Part shown: piece by piece, positions 51,881-61,239 of the stretch
How the letters are laid out: each line of letters opens with the position of its first letter
Numbering within the stretch: the stretch's first letter is position 1
Program-made: the position numbers and the translations under genes
From: Ilumatobacteraceae bacterium
Lineage (GTDB): Bacteria; Actinomycetota; Acidimicrobiia; Acidimicrobiales; Ilumatobacteraceae
Reading direction: 5' to 3'
DNA: 64,000 bases
Assembly: GCA_044345725.1 (NCBI GenBank)
Contig: JBIJAO010000001.1
Coordinates: forward strand, 57,559-121,558
Notes under the pieces: generated by a model
The model's input: only the letters and a program-made list of their open reading frames with translations
Told to the model about the DNA's origin: nothing
Databases searched by the model: none

Positions 51881-52822
51881 GTGACCGTAATGAACGACTT
51901 ACAAGGCGACGACCGGTATCTGTCGTTCACTCGTGACGAATGGGCGGTATTGCGTGCTGCTACTCCACTCACAATCCGTGAAAAAGATCTGGAACAGTTG
52001 CGCGGTATCAATGAAAAAATTGACCTCGACGAAGTAACTGCCGTACATCTTCCACTCACACGTCTTCTCAATTTGTACGTGAGCGCCACACAAAACTTGC
52101 ACAAAGTGTCGGCAACTTTTCTTGGTGCGATGTCACCGAAAGTTCCCTATGTCATCGGAATCGCAGGCAGTGTTGCTGTCGGAAAAAGCACGTTCGCTCG
52201 TATTTTGCAGGCGCTTCTTGCACGTTGGCCAGAACACCCCAAGGTTGACCTTGTCACTACCGATGGTTTCTTGTTCCCTAACCAAGTTCTTGAAGACCGT
52301 GGAATCATGAACCGCAAGGGTTTCCCCGAGAGCTACGACACCAAGCGCTTGCTCCAGTTCCTACGCGACCTCAAAGCTGGGTGCCCTGTCGTAGAAGCTC
52401 CTGTGTATAGCCACGTTGTGTATGACATTGTTCCCGATGATCACATCGAGGTGCGCCAGCCCGACATTCTGATTCTTGAGGGTCTCAACGTGTTGCAGGT
52501 GGGCGGCGAATACGACGAGTTCGTATCTGACTATTTCGACTTCTCTATTTACGTCGATGCGGAAGAAAACGACATCCAGCAGTGGTACGTCGATCGCTTC
52601 TTAACTCTTCGCGAGACCGTGTTTAAAAACCCCGACAGCTTCTTTAAGAACTATGCCCACCTCACTCACGATGAAGCCATTCAGACTGCCGAAGGTATCT
52701 GGCAACACATCAACGGAAAAAACCTGGTGGAAAACATTGCTCCTACTCGTGATCGTGCGTCGCTGATTGTAGAAAAAGGCAACGATCACCGCGTCAACAA
52801 CGTTTTCTTGCGGCGGCTGTGA
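51881..52822 (+). CDS. coaA: Type I pantothenate kinase
   Basis: [18 protein letters not shown]-loop, TTDGFL and [11 protein letters not shown]. Confidence 0.9.
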   Translation: MTVMNDLQGDDRYLSFTRDEWAVLRAATPLTIREKDLEQLRGINEKIDLDEVTAVHLPLTRLLNLYVSATQNLHKVSATFLGAMSPKVPYVIGIAGSVAVGKSTFARILQALLARWPEHPKVDLVTTDGFLFPNQVLEDRGIMNRKGFPESYDTKRLLQFLRDLKAGCPVVEAPVYSHVVYDIVPDDHIEVRQPDILILEGLNVLQVGGEYDEFVSDYFDFSIYVDAEENDIQQWYVDRFLTLRETVFKNPDSFFKNYAHLTHDEAIQTAEGIWQHINGKNLVENIAPTRDRASLIVEKGNDHRVNNVFLRRL

Positions 52823-53397
52823 TGAATGTTCGTCGGTGGTTTCTGCTTGGTGCGTCGCTACTAGTACTCGGTGCGTGTTCTAACTCCACCGCAAAAAACA
52901 GCGACTCGACATGGGAAATTGTCCCTAGTGCATCAATGCCTAACACAACACAAGATGTGCCGTACCAAGAATCATTAGAGAGCAACGTGCCAACCAATGG
53001 ACAGTACTGGGGCACCATGTCCGTTCTTCATGGCTCCTCTACGCCAACCGCAGTAGCAACCTTGGTGAAATTATATTCAGGTGATGCGTGTTATGAATAC
53101 GCAGAAATGACCGGACAAGCGCCCGAAGACATGTGCACTAATGACTATGGAGTCGTTGATTATCCGCGTGCCATTGTTGCCGTAGATGAAAATGCGTTTG
53201 TCTCTGTGATCACAGAAGAAGGCTCTGCGTCATGGCCAACGGAATCATATGTGATCACATCATTGGACTTACAAAAATTTGTTGCTGAAGTTTCTGTCGA
53301 TGGCAAACCAAATCAATACGAATATATTCCCTACCCATTTTTATTTACGGTGACTGACGGAAAAATTACACGCGCTGAACAAGTGTGGGTGCCGTAA
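52819..53397 (+). CDS. Lipoprotein of unknown function
   Basis: Signal/lipobox [13 protein letters not shown]. Overlaps the coaA stop (GTGATG). No recognisable domain. Confidence 0.6.
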   Translation: MMNVRRWFLLGASLLVLGACSNSTAKNSDSTWEIVPSASMPNTTQDVPYQESLESNVPTNGQYWGTMSVLHGSSTPTAVATLVKLYSGDACYEYAEMTGQAPEDMCTNDYGVVDYPRAIVAVDENAFVSVITEEGSASWPTESYVITSLDLQKFVAEVSVDGKPNQYEYIPYPFLFTVTDGKITRAEQVWVP

Positions 53398-53424
53398 CCA
53401 CACCGTATTATTATCGGTGCTTTG

Positions 53425-53790
53425 TTATCGGTGGAGCGCGTTCAAATAGTTGTAGACGGTAATACGTGAAACACCCATTGCATCTGCAACGTCTTCGACG
53501 GCACGACGCAAAATGAACGCACCGTTTTGATCAAGCAAACGAATTGCACGTTGTTTGTCGTGACGTGACAACTTGTCAAGGGGCGCACCAAGTTCTTGTT
53601 CTACTTGTTCGATCAAACGATTAAGCGCTCCGTGCAAACGGGGCAAGCGCACCGCGGCAATGATCTCGCCTTCCCATTCAAGTGCAATGTCCATCACCTG
53701 GGCGTCATCGACAGACACCAACGACGCCCCAACCGCTTTCAAGATTGGTTCAACAGCGGCGACTAACGGATGGTCGGGAATGTCGCTCAC
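53425..53790 (-). CDS. Small helix-turn-helix DNA-binding protein
   Basis: C-terminal VEDVADAMGVSRITVYNYLN is a clear HTH. The N-terminal domain is unassigned. Confidence 0.55.
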   Translation of the reverse strand: MSDIPDHPLVAAVEPILKAVGASLVSVDDAQVMDIALEWEGEIIAAVRLPRLHGALNRLIEQVEQELGAPLDKLSRHDKQRAIRLLDQNGAFILRRAVEDVADAMGVSRITVYNYLNALHR

Positions 53791-54029
53791 GAACCTTGCT
53801 CCACATGCACATTCACGTGTGTCGCACCGTTTGCATATGCAGCATCAAGCAGTGCCTTCACTGCATCGCCCACGATCGCTGCAGGGCTCGAAAAAGACGA
53901 GCCGAAGGGGCCCACTTCTACTGTGATGCCCAGTGATTCGACCGCAGTGATGGCCGCAGTGACATGACGACCCGGCTCACCCTCAATAAATGGTTCGATG
54001 GTGAACTCAACGACAACGGTTGTGCTCAT
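53787..54029 (-). CDS. MTH1187/YkoF-family (thiamine-binding-like, UPF0045) small protein
   Basis: 80 aa from MSTTVVVEFTIEPF..., with the alternating beta-alpha-beta pattern of this family. 4-nt overlaps with both neighbours. Confidence 0.55.
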   Translation of the reverse strand: MSTTVVVEFTIEPFIEGEPGRHVTAAITAVESLGITVEVGPFGSSFSSPAAIVGDAVKALLDAAYANGATHVNVHVEQGS

Positions 54030-54574
54030 GGAACGATTCTTACGAACTCGCGGAGACGGGGCAAAACCAGAGCGATGCTGTCCGGCAGAAAAGGCTTTGC
54101 GGCAAGCCAAATGTCGATTTCATTGGCGCTCACCCAGTGGGCTTCGGTGATTTCATTGTCGGTGAATTGAAATGGTCCATTGTCTCTGACCACATAACAC
54201 GAGGCCACCAACTGGACGGTGTGGTCTGCATAGGCACCGGTACCGATACTGGTGATCTGCCCGGCATCGATGCCTAACTCCTCACGTAGTTCGCGACGAG
54301 CTGCGGCGTCATATTGCTCACCGACACCCACTACTCCACCGACGGCGACATCCCACCAACCCGGCCAGACGTCTTTGTGGTCGGCACGACGGTGCACCAA
54401 CAGATCGCCATCGTCATTGGTGACCGCAATGAATACCGAACGATGACGCAGTTTCTCTGCACGCATTTGTTGGCGTGAGACGACCTCGATGACATTGCCA
54501 TCGAGATCAACTACTTCAACCTGTTCGGAGTGTGTCTGAACGCCAGCCATCGCCATGTGCCTACCATGTGGCAT
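54026..54574 (-). CDS. NUDIX-family hydrolase
   Basis: Canonical Nudix box GVVGVGEQYDAAARRELREELGI. GAGGA sits 7 nt upstream of the ATG at 54574. Confidence 0.7.
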   Translation of the reverse strand: MPHGRHMAMAGVQTHSEQVEVVDLDGNVIEVVSRQQMRAEKLRHRSVFIAVTNDDGDLLVHRRADHKDVWPGWWDVAVGGVVGVGEQYDAAARRELREELGIDAGQITSIGTGAYADHTVQLVASCYVVRDNGPFQFTDNEITEAHWVSANEIDIWLAAKPFLPDSIALVLPRLREFVRIVP

Positions 54575-55847
54575 GGCTAAATCCTCGTCGTCTCCGAGCA
54601 CTGCAGCACTACGTGAAGAACATGGTGATCCGCGTGGCGTGATCGAGCAAGCCGAAGCGTTGTTTGACAACACGGTTGCACTTCGTCGCGACTTACATCA
54701 ATGGCCAGAGTTAGGAAACGATCTTCCACGTACGCGCGAACAAGTGTTACATGCACTTGACGGACTGCCGCTTGACATCACACTTCATACAACAACAAGT
54801 GGATTTGCAGCGTTGCTGACCGGCGACAAACCAGGACCCACCATATTGTTGCGCGGAGACATGGATGCATTGCCGATGCCCGAAGACACCGGCGTGGAGT
54901 TCTCTTCGAAAGTAGACAACGCGATGCATGCGTGTGGACATGACACGCACACAGCGATGTTGGTGGGCGCTGCCACAGCATTGTCAGAACGTAAGAGCGA
55001 TATTGCTGGTCGTGTTCTTTTCATGTTTCAATCGGGAGAAGAAGGACATGGCGGCGCTGAGTTGATGTTGGATGAAGGACTTCTTGATGTTCCCGCACAT
55101 AAAAGCGGTGGTGAATCACCCGTGACCGCAGCATTTGCAATGCACATCTCTTCCAATCTTCCAAACGGTGCAGTAGCAATTAAGAGCGGTCCGATCATGG
55201 CATCAAGTGATCAGTTGACGATCACGGTGAAAGGACGTGGCGGACATGGCAGTTCTCCACACTTTGCGCTTGACCCCATTCCTGTTGCGTGCGAAATAGT
55301 GCAAGCAATACAGACATTGGTGACACGACGAATCGATGTGTTTGATCCTGGTGTCATCACGGTCACAAGCATTCACTCGGGCACTGCATACAACGTGATT
55401 CCAGAACACGCCACCATTCTGGGGACAATGCGCGCGATGAGTGAAAAAACTCGCACAAAGATTCACGAAGGATTACGTCGTGTCGCAGAAGGAATTGCTT
55501 CCGCGCATGAGATGGACATCGACATCGATCTGGAATACGGCTATCCGGTCACAGTGAACGACAAAGACTTCTCAGATTTTTCTGTCGCAATTGCAAACAC
55601 CGTGCTTGGTGACAAGCATGTAATTGCTTTGCCCAACCCGGTCATGGGCGCAGAAGATTTCAGTTATGTGTTGCACAAATTGCCCGGCGCAATGATGTTT
55701 TTGGGCGCAACACCCCCAGGGGAAAACCCCGCCACTGCTGCTCCCAACCATTCAAACCGCGTGATGTTTGACGAAGAGGCAATGAAGACAGGTATTGCGG
55801 TCTACACCTCGGTAGCGCTACGCCATCTCGGCGTACCATTGAGCTAA
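54573..55847 (+). CDS. M20-family amidohydrolase (N-acyl-amino-acid/hippurate hydrolase type)
   Basis: LRRDLHQWPELG, LRGDMDALP, HACGHD and GEEGHGGA. Start is uncertain (no SD). Confidence 0.8.
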   Translation: MAKSSSSPSTAALREEHGDPRGVIEQAEALFDNTVALRRDLHQWPELGNDLPRTREQVLHALDGLPLDITLHTTTSGFAALLTGDKPGPTILLRGDMDALPMPEDTGVEFSSKVDNAMHACGHDTHTAMLVGAATALSERKSDIAGRVLFMFQSGEEGHGGAELMLDEGLLDVPAHKSGGESPVTAAFAMHISSNLPNGAVAIKSGPIMASSDQLTITVKGRGGHGSSPHFALDPIPVACEIVQAIQTLVTRRIDVFDPGVITVTSIHSGTAYNVIPEHATILGTMRAMSEKTRTKIHEGLRRVAEGIASAHEMDIDIDLEYGYPVTVNDKDFSDFSVAIANTVLGDKHVIALPNPVMGAEDFSYVLHKLPGAMMFLGATPPGENPATAAPNHSNRVMFDEEAMKTGIAVYTSVALRHLGVPLS

Positions 55848-57079
55848 TGACTACCGCTCCTTTATCTGGCATTCGCGTCCTTGATCTCACCCGTGTGCTG
55901 TCGGGTCCGCACTGCACTCGCATGCTGTGTGACCTCGGTGCTGAGGTCATCAAATTAGAACCACCAGAAGGAGACCTCACGCGTTTTTCGTATCCACGTG
56001 TCGGTTCCATGGCCACCTATTTCGCCCAACAAAACGCGGGTAAAGAGGACATTTCCTTTGACCTGTCCAAACCTGACGCACAAGAGCTCACTCGCCAATT
56101 GGCAGACACGTGCGATGTATTGGTAGAGAACTTTCGCCCCGGCGTGATGCAAAAACTCGGACTTGATTACGAGGAATTGATGCAGCGCAACCCGCGACTT
56201 GTGATCGGAAGCATCACCGGATATGGCAGTACTGGGCCGTGGGTACATCGTCGTGCGTATGCGCCACTTGTTGGTGCAGAAACTGGTTTTACGTTGATGC
56301 AGTCACAGTCGCACAATGGCCATATCGCAAACGACTGGTTTAGTCACGCCGATGTGTACACCGGCATCGAGTGTTGTGTCGCGATTCTTGCTGCACTCGT
56401 TCATCGCTCGCAGACTGGAAAAGGTCAACATGTTGAAGTGTCAATGGCACAAACAATGTTGTACGTAAATGAACATGCTCACGATCAAATGTTTGAAGGT
56501 GATGTTCCTGTAGGTGTCATTCGTTCTTTTGAACCAGGTGCGTATCCGGTATACAAAGTTGCAGATGGTGTATCGGTCATTATCGGTGGTCACCCAGCAG
56601 AAAACGGTGTGTTTGCTAGCTACATGAAAGCAATGAATCGCCCAGAACTAGAAGATGATCCTCGTTTTGCAACGCAACAAGATCGTCTGGCTCATTTGAA
56701 GGAACTTGGCGAAGTGATTGGCGAATGGGCGCTCACATATCCCGATGCAGAATCACTGGAGAACGTTCTCGACAAAGTAGGACTCGTTCTCGGTGCAATT
56801 CGCACAGTGAATGAATTATCACACACTGATTGGGCAAAAGAGCGAAACGTTGTTGTTGAAGTCAGTGATCGCCGCGATGGAAAAATTCGCATACCGAATG
56901 CACCGTGGACATTTTCTGCGGCACAGGTGCGCACACAAGGTGAGCCAAAGTTTCGCGGTGAAGACAATCACTCGGTGTTGACACGACTTCTTGGTGCAAC
57001 ACCAGAACAACTTGCGGCTTGGGATGAACAGGGCGTGTTATCGTCCCGAATGCCCAAACCCCCCACCACGGTCGAATGA
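55847..57079 (+). CDS. Class III (CaiB/BaiF-family) CoA-transferase
   Basis: [33 protein letters not shown] and [18 protein letters not shown] overlap with the upstream gene. Confidence 0.85.
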   Translation: MTTAPLSGIRVLDLTRVLSGPHCTRMLCDLGAEVIKLEPPEGDLTRFSYPRVGSMATYFAQQNAGKEDISFDLSKPDAQELTRQLADTCDVLVENFRPGVMQKLGLDYEELMQRNPRLVIGSITGYGSTGPWVHRRAYAPLVGAETGFTLMQSQSHNGHIANDWFSHADVYTGIECCVAILAALVHRSQTGKGQHVEVSMAQTMLYVNEHAHDQMFEGDVPVGVIRSFEPGAYPVYKVADGVSVIIGGHPAENGVFASYMKAMNRPELEDDPRFATQQDRLAHLKELGEVIGEWALTYPDAESLENVLDKVGLVLGAIRTVNELSHTDWAKERNVVVEVSDRRDGKIRIPNAPWTFSAAQVRTQGEPKFRGEDNHSVLTRLLGATPEQLAAWDEQGVLSSRMPKPPTTVE

Positions 57080-57472
57080 GTCAAGCGCGTCTACTTCGCG
57101 CCACATCACGTGCTCCACTTTTTGCACAACTAACTGCGCAATGCGGTCGCCACGCGACACGTCATACGGTGTGTGCGGGTCGGTATTTAACAGCACCACT
57201 TGTAATTCACCGCGATACCCGCTGTCGATTAGTCCGGGCGCATTCACCACGCTGATTCCATGTTTCAGCGCAAGACCACTACGTGGTAATACAAATCCGG
57301 CATACCCCATCGGCAATGCAATGGCGATTCCCGTTGGCATCAATATGCGACCACCGCCAGGAGCAATCTGAGCATCTTCACGAGCGAATAAATCGATCCC
57401 CGCATCTCCCTCATGGGCATAGGCGGGCAATGGCAAACCCGTGTCAAGACGTGTGATGGGGATGTCGACCAC
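57038..57472 (-). CDS. dut: dUTP diphosphatase
   Basis: [25 protein letters not shown] and a C-terminal [10 protein letters not shown] motif. Confidence 0.95.
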   Translation of the reverse strand: MVDIPITRLDTGLPLPAYAHEGDAGIDLFAREDAQIAPGGGRILMPTGIAIALPMGYAGFVLPRSGLALKHGISVVNAPGLIDSGYRGELQVVLLNTDPHTPYDVSRGDRIAQLVVQKVEHVMWREVDALDSFDRGGGFGHSGR

Positions 57473-57506
57473 GACCCAACGCTAGGTCAGCGAATAGATT
57501 GACAAG

Positions 57507-58064
57507 GTGCTGATTTGGATGGATCTCGAGATGACTGGCCTCGATCCGGCAACTGAAGTCATTGTCGAAATCGCCACCATCGTCACAGATGACGAGCTAA
57601 ACATCGTCGAAGAGGGCCCGGATCTTGTTATTTCTCAGCCCGATGACGTACTCGAGCGGATGGACCCCTTCGTGGTCAACATGCACACCACCTCCGGGCT
57701 TCTCGAGCTCATCAAGGCATCAACGATCACACACGATGAGGCTGCAGCCCAGACACTCGCTTTTATTCAGAAGTACTCGCCTGAGGCAAAAAAGATTCCA
57801 TTATGTGGAAACTCCATTGGCACCGACCGTCGGTTTCTCGCCAAGTACATGCCCGAGATTGAAAACTGGCTGCATTACCGATGCGTCGACGTGTCGAGCG
57901 TGAAAGAACTTGTAAAGCGCTGGTATCCGGGTCTTGAACATGCACGACCAAACAAGATCAATACACACCGCGCGCTTGACGACGTACGCGAAAGCATCAA
58001 CGAACTCCGTTTTTACCGCGAACACATTTTTCGCGACAAGAAACCATCCACCGATTCCGAATAA
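57507..58064 (+). CDS. orn: Oligoribonuclease
   Basis: LIWMDLEMTGL, LCGNSIGTDRRFL and HRALDDVRESI (DEDDh). Confidence 0.9.
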   Translation: MLIWMDLEMTGLDPATEVIVEIATIVTDDELNIVEEGPDLVISQPDDVLERMDPFVVNMHTTSGLLELIKASTITHDEAAAQTLAFIQKYSPEAKKIPLCGNSIGTDRRFLAKYMPEIENWLHYRCVDVSSVKELVKRWYPGLEHARPNKINTHRALDDVRESINELRFYREHIFRDKKPSTDSE

Positions 58065-58076
58065 CACGCACGAACA

Positions 58077-59144
58077 ATGAGTGACATACCTACTGAAAAC
58101 ACCACACCACGACCAAAGAAGTCAGAGCAGATGCCTGCAACTGACGAAATCGTCGAAGTGGCACCTGGTATTTTGCGCACGCAGTTACCCATTGATTTCA
58201 CAGGTCTTGGTCATGTCAACATGTACGTGCTGGAAGACGAACGTGGTGTTGCAGTAGTCGACCCAGGTCTTCCCACTCGTGAATCATGGGATGCCATCAA
58301 GGCACGACTGAAGGCCATCGGTGTACCGATGAAACGCGTGCACTCTGTGATTGTGACGCACAGTCACCCAGATCATTACGGCGGTGCAGGACGACTTCGT
58401 GCACACAGTGGCGCCGAATTAGTGGGGCACAAAATGTTTCGCACGTGGTGGGATCCGCAAGAACCACCAGACGTTGACGTCGAAGACATGCCACGTCGAT
58501 TTCGTAACCCGTTTCAGTCACCACCATGGGGTGGACCCACGCTTGATTTTTCGTGGACGTACAAGATGCGATACAAATTTGCATCGAAGGCCCCACGCTT
58601 GTTCCGTGTACCACGCCCCACTATTCGTCTCGGGGAAGACGACCGCATTCGTTTTGCTCGACGTGAATGGTTAGCTATTCACACGCCAGGTCATACCGAA
58701 GATCACTTGTGTTTGTTTGATCCAGAAGAAGGAACGCTCATCACTGGTGACCACATTTTGCCTTCAATTACCCCACATATTTCAGGTTTAACGGGCCACG
58801 GCGATCCGCTGACATTGTTCTTTTCATCGCTCGACAAAGTAGATGCGCTGTCATCGCAAGTGAAAATCGCACTTCCCGCTCATGGAGTTCCATTTGCCAA
58901 TTTGCACGAGCGCGTAGAGCACATCAAAGAGCACCACGACGAACGTCTGCAGAAACTGCGCGACACCAGCGCCTCTTTTGGTCGCCCCGCAAGTGTGATG
59001 GAGTTTGCCCAACATTTGTTTTCAGCACGTGTACAAGGACCAATGGCAGACAGTGAAACGTTTGCGCACTTGGAACACCTTCGTTTGTCGGGTGAATTCG
59101 AGCAGCGCAACAACGATGGTGTGCTCGAATACGTCATGGACTAA
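58077..59144 (+). CDS. MBL-fold metallo-hydrolase
   Basis: VTHSHPDHYGGA (H-x-H-x-D-H) and HTPGHTEDH. Confidence 0.8.
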   Translation: MSDIPTENTTPRPKKSEQMPATDEIVEVAPGILRTQLPIDFTGLGHVNMYVLEDERGVAVVDPGLPTRESWDAIKARLKAIGVPMKRVHSVIVTHSHPDHYGGAGRLRAHSGAELVGHKMFRTWWDPQEPPDVDVEDMPRRFRNPFQSPPWGGPTLDFSWTYKMRYKFASKAPRLFRVPRPTIRLGEDDRIRFARREWLAIHTPGHTEDHLCLFDPEEGTLITGDHILPSITPHISGLTGHGDPLTLFFSSLDKVDALSSQVKIALPAHGVPFANLHERVEHIKEHHDERLQKLRDTSASFGRPASVMEFAQHLFSARVQGPMADSETFAHLEHLRLSGEFEQRNNDGVLEYVMD

Positions 59145-59157
59145 TCCTGCATTAGTT

Positions 59158-59937
59158 TCAACGCGGCAACAACATTCCCATCCACGCCTGTGCGTGCACC
59201 ACATCTTCCACCATCAGCCGCATACTGATGCCATCATTGCGATCGTCATATTGTTGAATGAGATGATGTTGTGGTTCTACTTGCACCGCATGTTCCACTA
59301 CGGCGCGTAGTCCCTCACGTAATTCGCGTCGATACTTCAAATGATCTTCCAAGATCTCCCAATACGCGGCGTTGTTCATGTGTTTCAAGAAATCAAAATC
59401 GGAATACCGAAGTGTCCATTGTTGTGTCACCACATCTAACGGATGCTCATCAAAGTAGTTACCGCGCAAAATCAATTTGCCACTCACCGATCGACCATCA
59501 GTTGCTTCCATCAGATCAGCTGTGACTTCATCAGGAATACGCGAAGGACGCATTGACGCAAGATCAACATGCACCCACAGTGCGGCCGCATCAATCAATG
59601 TCTCTCCGTCTATGGAGGCAATACGTGTGCGACGTTCTGCCCAATGAGGCGAAAGACCCCCACACCACGTGGTGAGATCTACTTCTTGCAAGTACTGCGG
59701 GAACTTGAGAACATCAACAACGCTGCGCCGCACCACCCAACCTGGGTCATCCCACCCAGCATCACGCGCATCATCGTTTGCGACATCTTGAAGAAAGCGC
59801 AACGTGGCATCGAGACGCAAACGACCACCGGGGCTCACATCTCCAAGGCGCACACGGCGACGGCGCGTAAGAGATCGCCCCTTCCCCGTGGGGGACACCA
59901 TGTGAAAACCCCGTGCAGCCTCGGCAAATGACATCAC
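59158..59937 (-). CDS. Acyl-ACP thioesterase-like (hotdog fold) protein
   Basis: RRVRLGDVSPGGRLRLDATLRFLQDVANDD and a second hotdog half (RYSDFDFLKHMNNAAY). Confidence 0.65.
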   Translation of the reverse strand: MMSFAEAARGFHMVSPTGKGRSLTRRRRVRLGDVSPGGRLRLDATLRFLQDVANDDARDAGWDDPGWVVRRSVVDVLKFPQYLQEVDLTTWCGGLSPHWAERRTRIASIDGETLIDAAALWVHVDLASMRPSRIPDEVTADLMEATDGRSVSGKLILRGNYFDEHPLDVVTQQWTLRYSDFDFLKHMNNAAYWEILEDHLKYRRELREGLRAVVEHAVQVEPQHHLIQQYDDRNDGISMRLMVEDVVHAQAWMGMLLPR

Positions 59938-59987
59938 CGAGACGCTAGTGGGTGACTACTTGTTCCCTTGTCCCACAAGGGTTTGAG

Positions 59988-60012
59988 CATTAGTTCAAAA
60001 AAGAAGTTGACG
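59988..60012 (+). promoter_or_regulatory. A/T-rich tract abutting a TTGACG box (candidate WhiB7-type autoregulated promoter element)
   Basis: CATTAGTTCAAAAAAGAAG followed by TTGACG (60007-60012). The nearest TA-rich hexamer, TATACA (60035-60040), is 22 nt downstream, so the -10 assignment is unresolved. Confidence 0.3.
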
Positions 60013-60044
60013 AAGCGCTCTTCACATGGTTTCCTATACAACTC

Positions 60045-60215
60045 ATGCGTTCAGTAACGACCTCCGCAACACGTGCATACACAGCATCAGCTGTGTCTTT
60101 TGCTGTGCCCGCGGTAGCCGTAGCGGTTCGCTATGCGAATTGGTTTACCGCCCCAATGACAGGGAAGCATTCGCATAAGCGCACCACCCGGCTCAACCTG
60201 ATCGCTCCGATGTAA
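60045..60215 (+). CDS. Candidate 56-codon upstream ORF in the whiB7-like leader
   Basis: ATG..TAA read by hand: MRSVTTSATRAYTASAVSFAVPAVAVAVRYANWFTAPMTGKHSHKRTTRLNLIAPM. No SD, and no in-frame start upstream (TAG at 59991). Confidence 0.4.
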   Translation: MRSVTTSATRAYTASAVSFAVPAVAVAVRYANWFTAPMTGKHSHKRTTRLNLIAPM

Positions 60216-60237
60216 ATCACATCGATAGCAACCACTC

Positions 60238-60272
60238 AGGCCGCCGGGTTCACATCCCGAGCGGCCTTTTTT
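60238..60272 (+). terminator. Intrinsic terminator-like hairpin plus T6 inside the whiB7-like leader (candidate attenuator)
   Basis: GGCCGCCGGG-ttcacat-CCCG(a)GCGGCC followed by TTTTTT (60267-60272), ending 36 nt before the whiB ATG. Confidence 0.7.
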
Positions 60273-60308
60273 GTTGCCCAAAACACACCCACCGAAAGGA
60301 AAACCACC

Positions 60309-60629
60309 ATGTTGACAGTTCTCGAAGACCAAATGATTCTCACCGCAAAGCGTTGCAGCGACGGCAACGGCACCTTGTCGTACCTCTTCTTCTCCGACGA
60401 GCACATCGACATCTTGCGTGCCAAGGCCATTTGCGCGCGGTGCGCCAGCCGCGATGACTGCCTATCGGGAGCCCTCGAACGAGAGGAGCCCTGGGGCGTC
60501 TGGGGTGGCGAATTGTTAGAGATGGGCCGCGTGGTTGCGGTGCGTCGTCCCCGCGGACGGCCCGCCACAAAAGTGCGGCCTGTCACGGTGGTCCCGGAGG
60601 TTCCGATTCCGGCCCACCTCGTAGCCTGA
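60309..60629 (+). CDS. whiB7: WhiB-family Fe-S transcriptional regulator, WhiB7-like (C-terminal AT-hook)
   Basis: Cys16, Cys42-x2-Cys45-x5-Cys51, EPWGVWGGE and the AT-hook RRPRGRPATK. AAAGGA sits upstream of the ATG. Confidence 0.85.
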   Translation: MLTVLEDQMILTAKRCSDGNGTLSYLFFSDEHIDILRAKAICARCASRDDCLSGALEREEPWGVWGGELLEMGRVVAVRRPRGRPATKVRPVTVVPEVPIPAHLVA

Positions 60630-60633
60630 GAGC

Positions 60634-61239
60634 ATGAGGATCACCCGAACACGACTGTTTGTGGTCTCGATCCTCGTTGCTCTGTCAGTCAGCGTCATCG
60701 GAGGATGGCTGCTTAGTCGATCATCATCTGATGACGTTGACGCCAAACTCACCGGTGATCTCGCCGGCGGGGTCCAAGACCCCACAATCGGCACCAATGT
60801 TCCCGTGCAAGGCACCCCCTTCCCGTCGGTTTCTCTGACGGAGGCCTCATCCGGAAACGTGGTGCCGATTGTCGTTTCTGGACGACCAATGGTGGTGAAC
60901 TTTTGGTACTCAACGTGTGAGCCATGTCGACGTGAGATGCCGGTTCTTGCACGTTCATCACAAGACTTTGCAGGTCAAGTTGATTTCATTGGGATCAATC
61001 CGCTCGATTCATCAAAAGAAGCACTGGAATTTGCTGCTCGCTACAACGTGACATATCCAACCTATTTGGATCCTGATGGAATACTCATCTCAGCAGCAGG
61101 AGTCGGCACCATGCCGGTCACTTTATTTGTCGATGCAAACGGCGTGATTGTGAAACAACACGGTGGAGAAATTAACTACGCCACATTGAACTCCACAATT
61201 GAGGCAGAGTTTGGAGTGACCGAAGGAATGAAGCTGTGA
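60634..61239 (+). CDS. TlpA/ResA-like membrane-anchored thiol-disulfide oxidoreductase
   Basis: N-terminal TM helix and a thioredoxin fold with WYSTCEPCRREMP (CxxC). Confidence 0.85.
   Translation: MRITRTRLFVVSILVALSVSVIGGWLLSRSSSDDVDAKLTGDLAGGVQDPTIGTNVPVQGTPFPSVSLTEASSGNVVPIVVSGRPMVVNFWYSTCEPCRREMPVLARSSQDFAGQVDFIGINPLDSSKEALEFAARYNVTYPTYLDPDGILISAAGVGTMPVTLFVDANGVIVKQHGGEINYATLNSTIEAEFGVTEGMKL

Noticed and set aside
59965-59981. Inverted repeat CCCTTGT-ccc-ACAAGGG between the thioesterase start and the whiB leader, as an operator or terminator.
   Set aside because: It is a single occurrence followed only by TTT. It cannot be assigned to either divergent gene without conservation or TSS data. 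It is mentioned only as context for the whiB promoter region.
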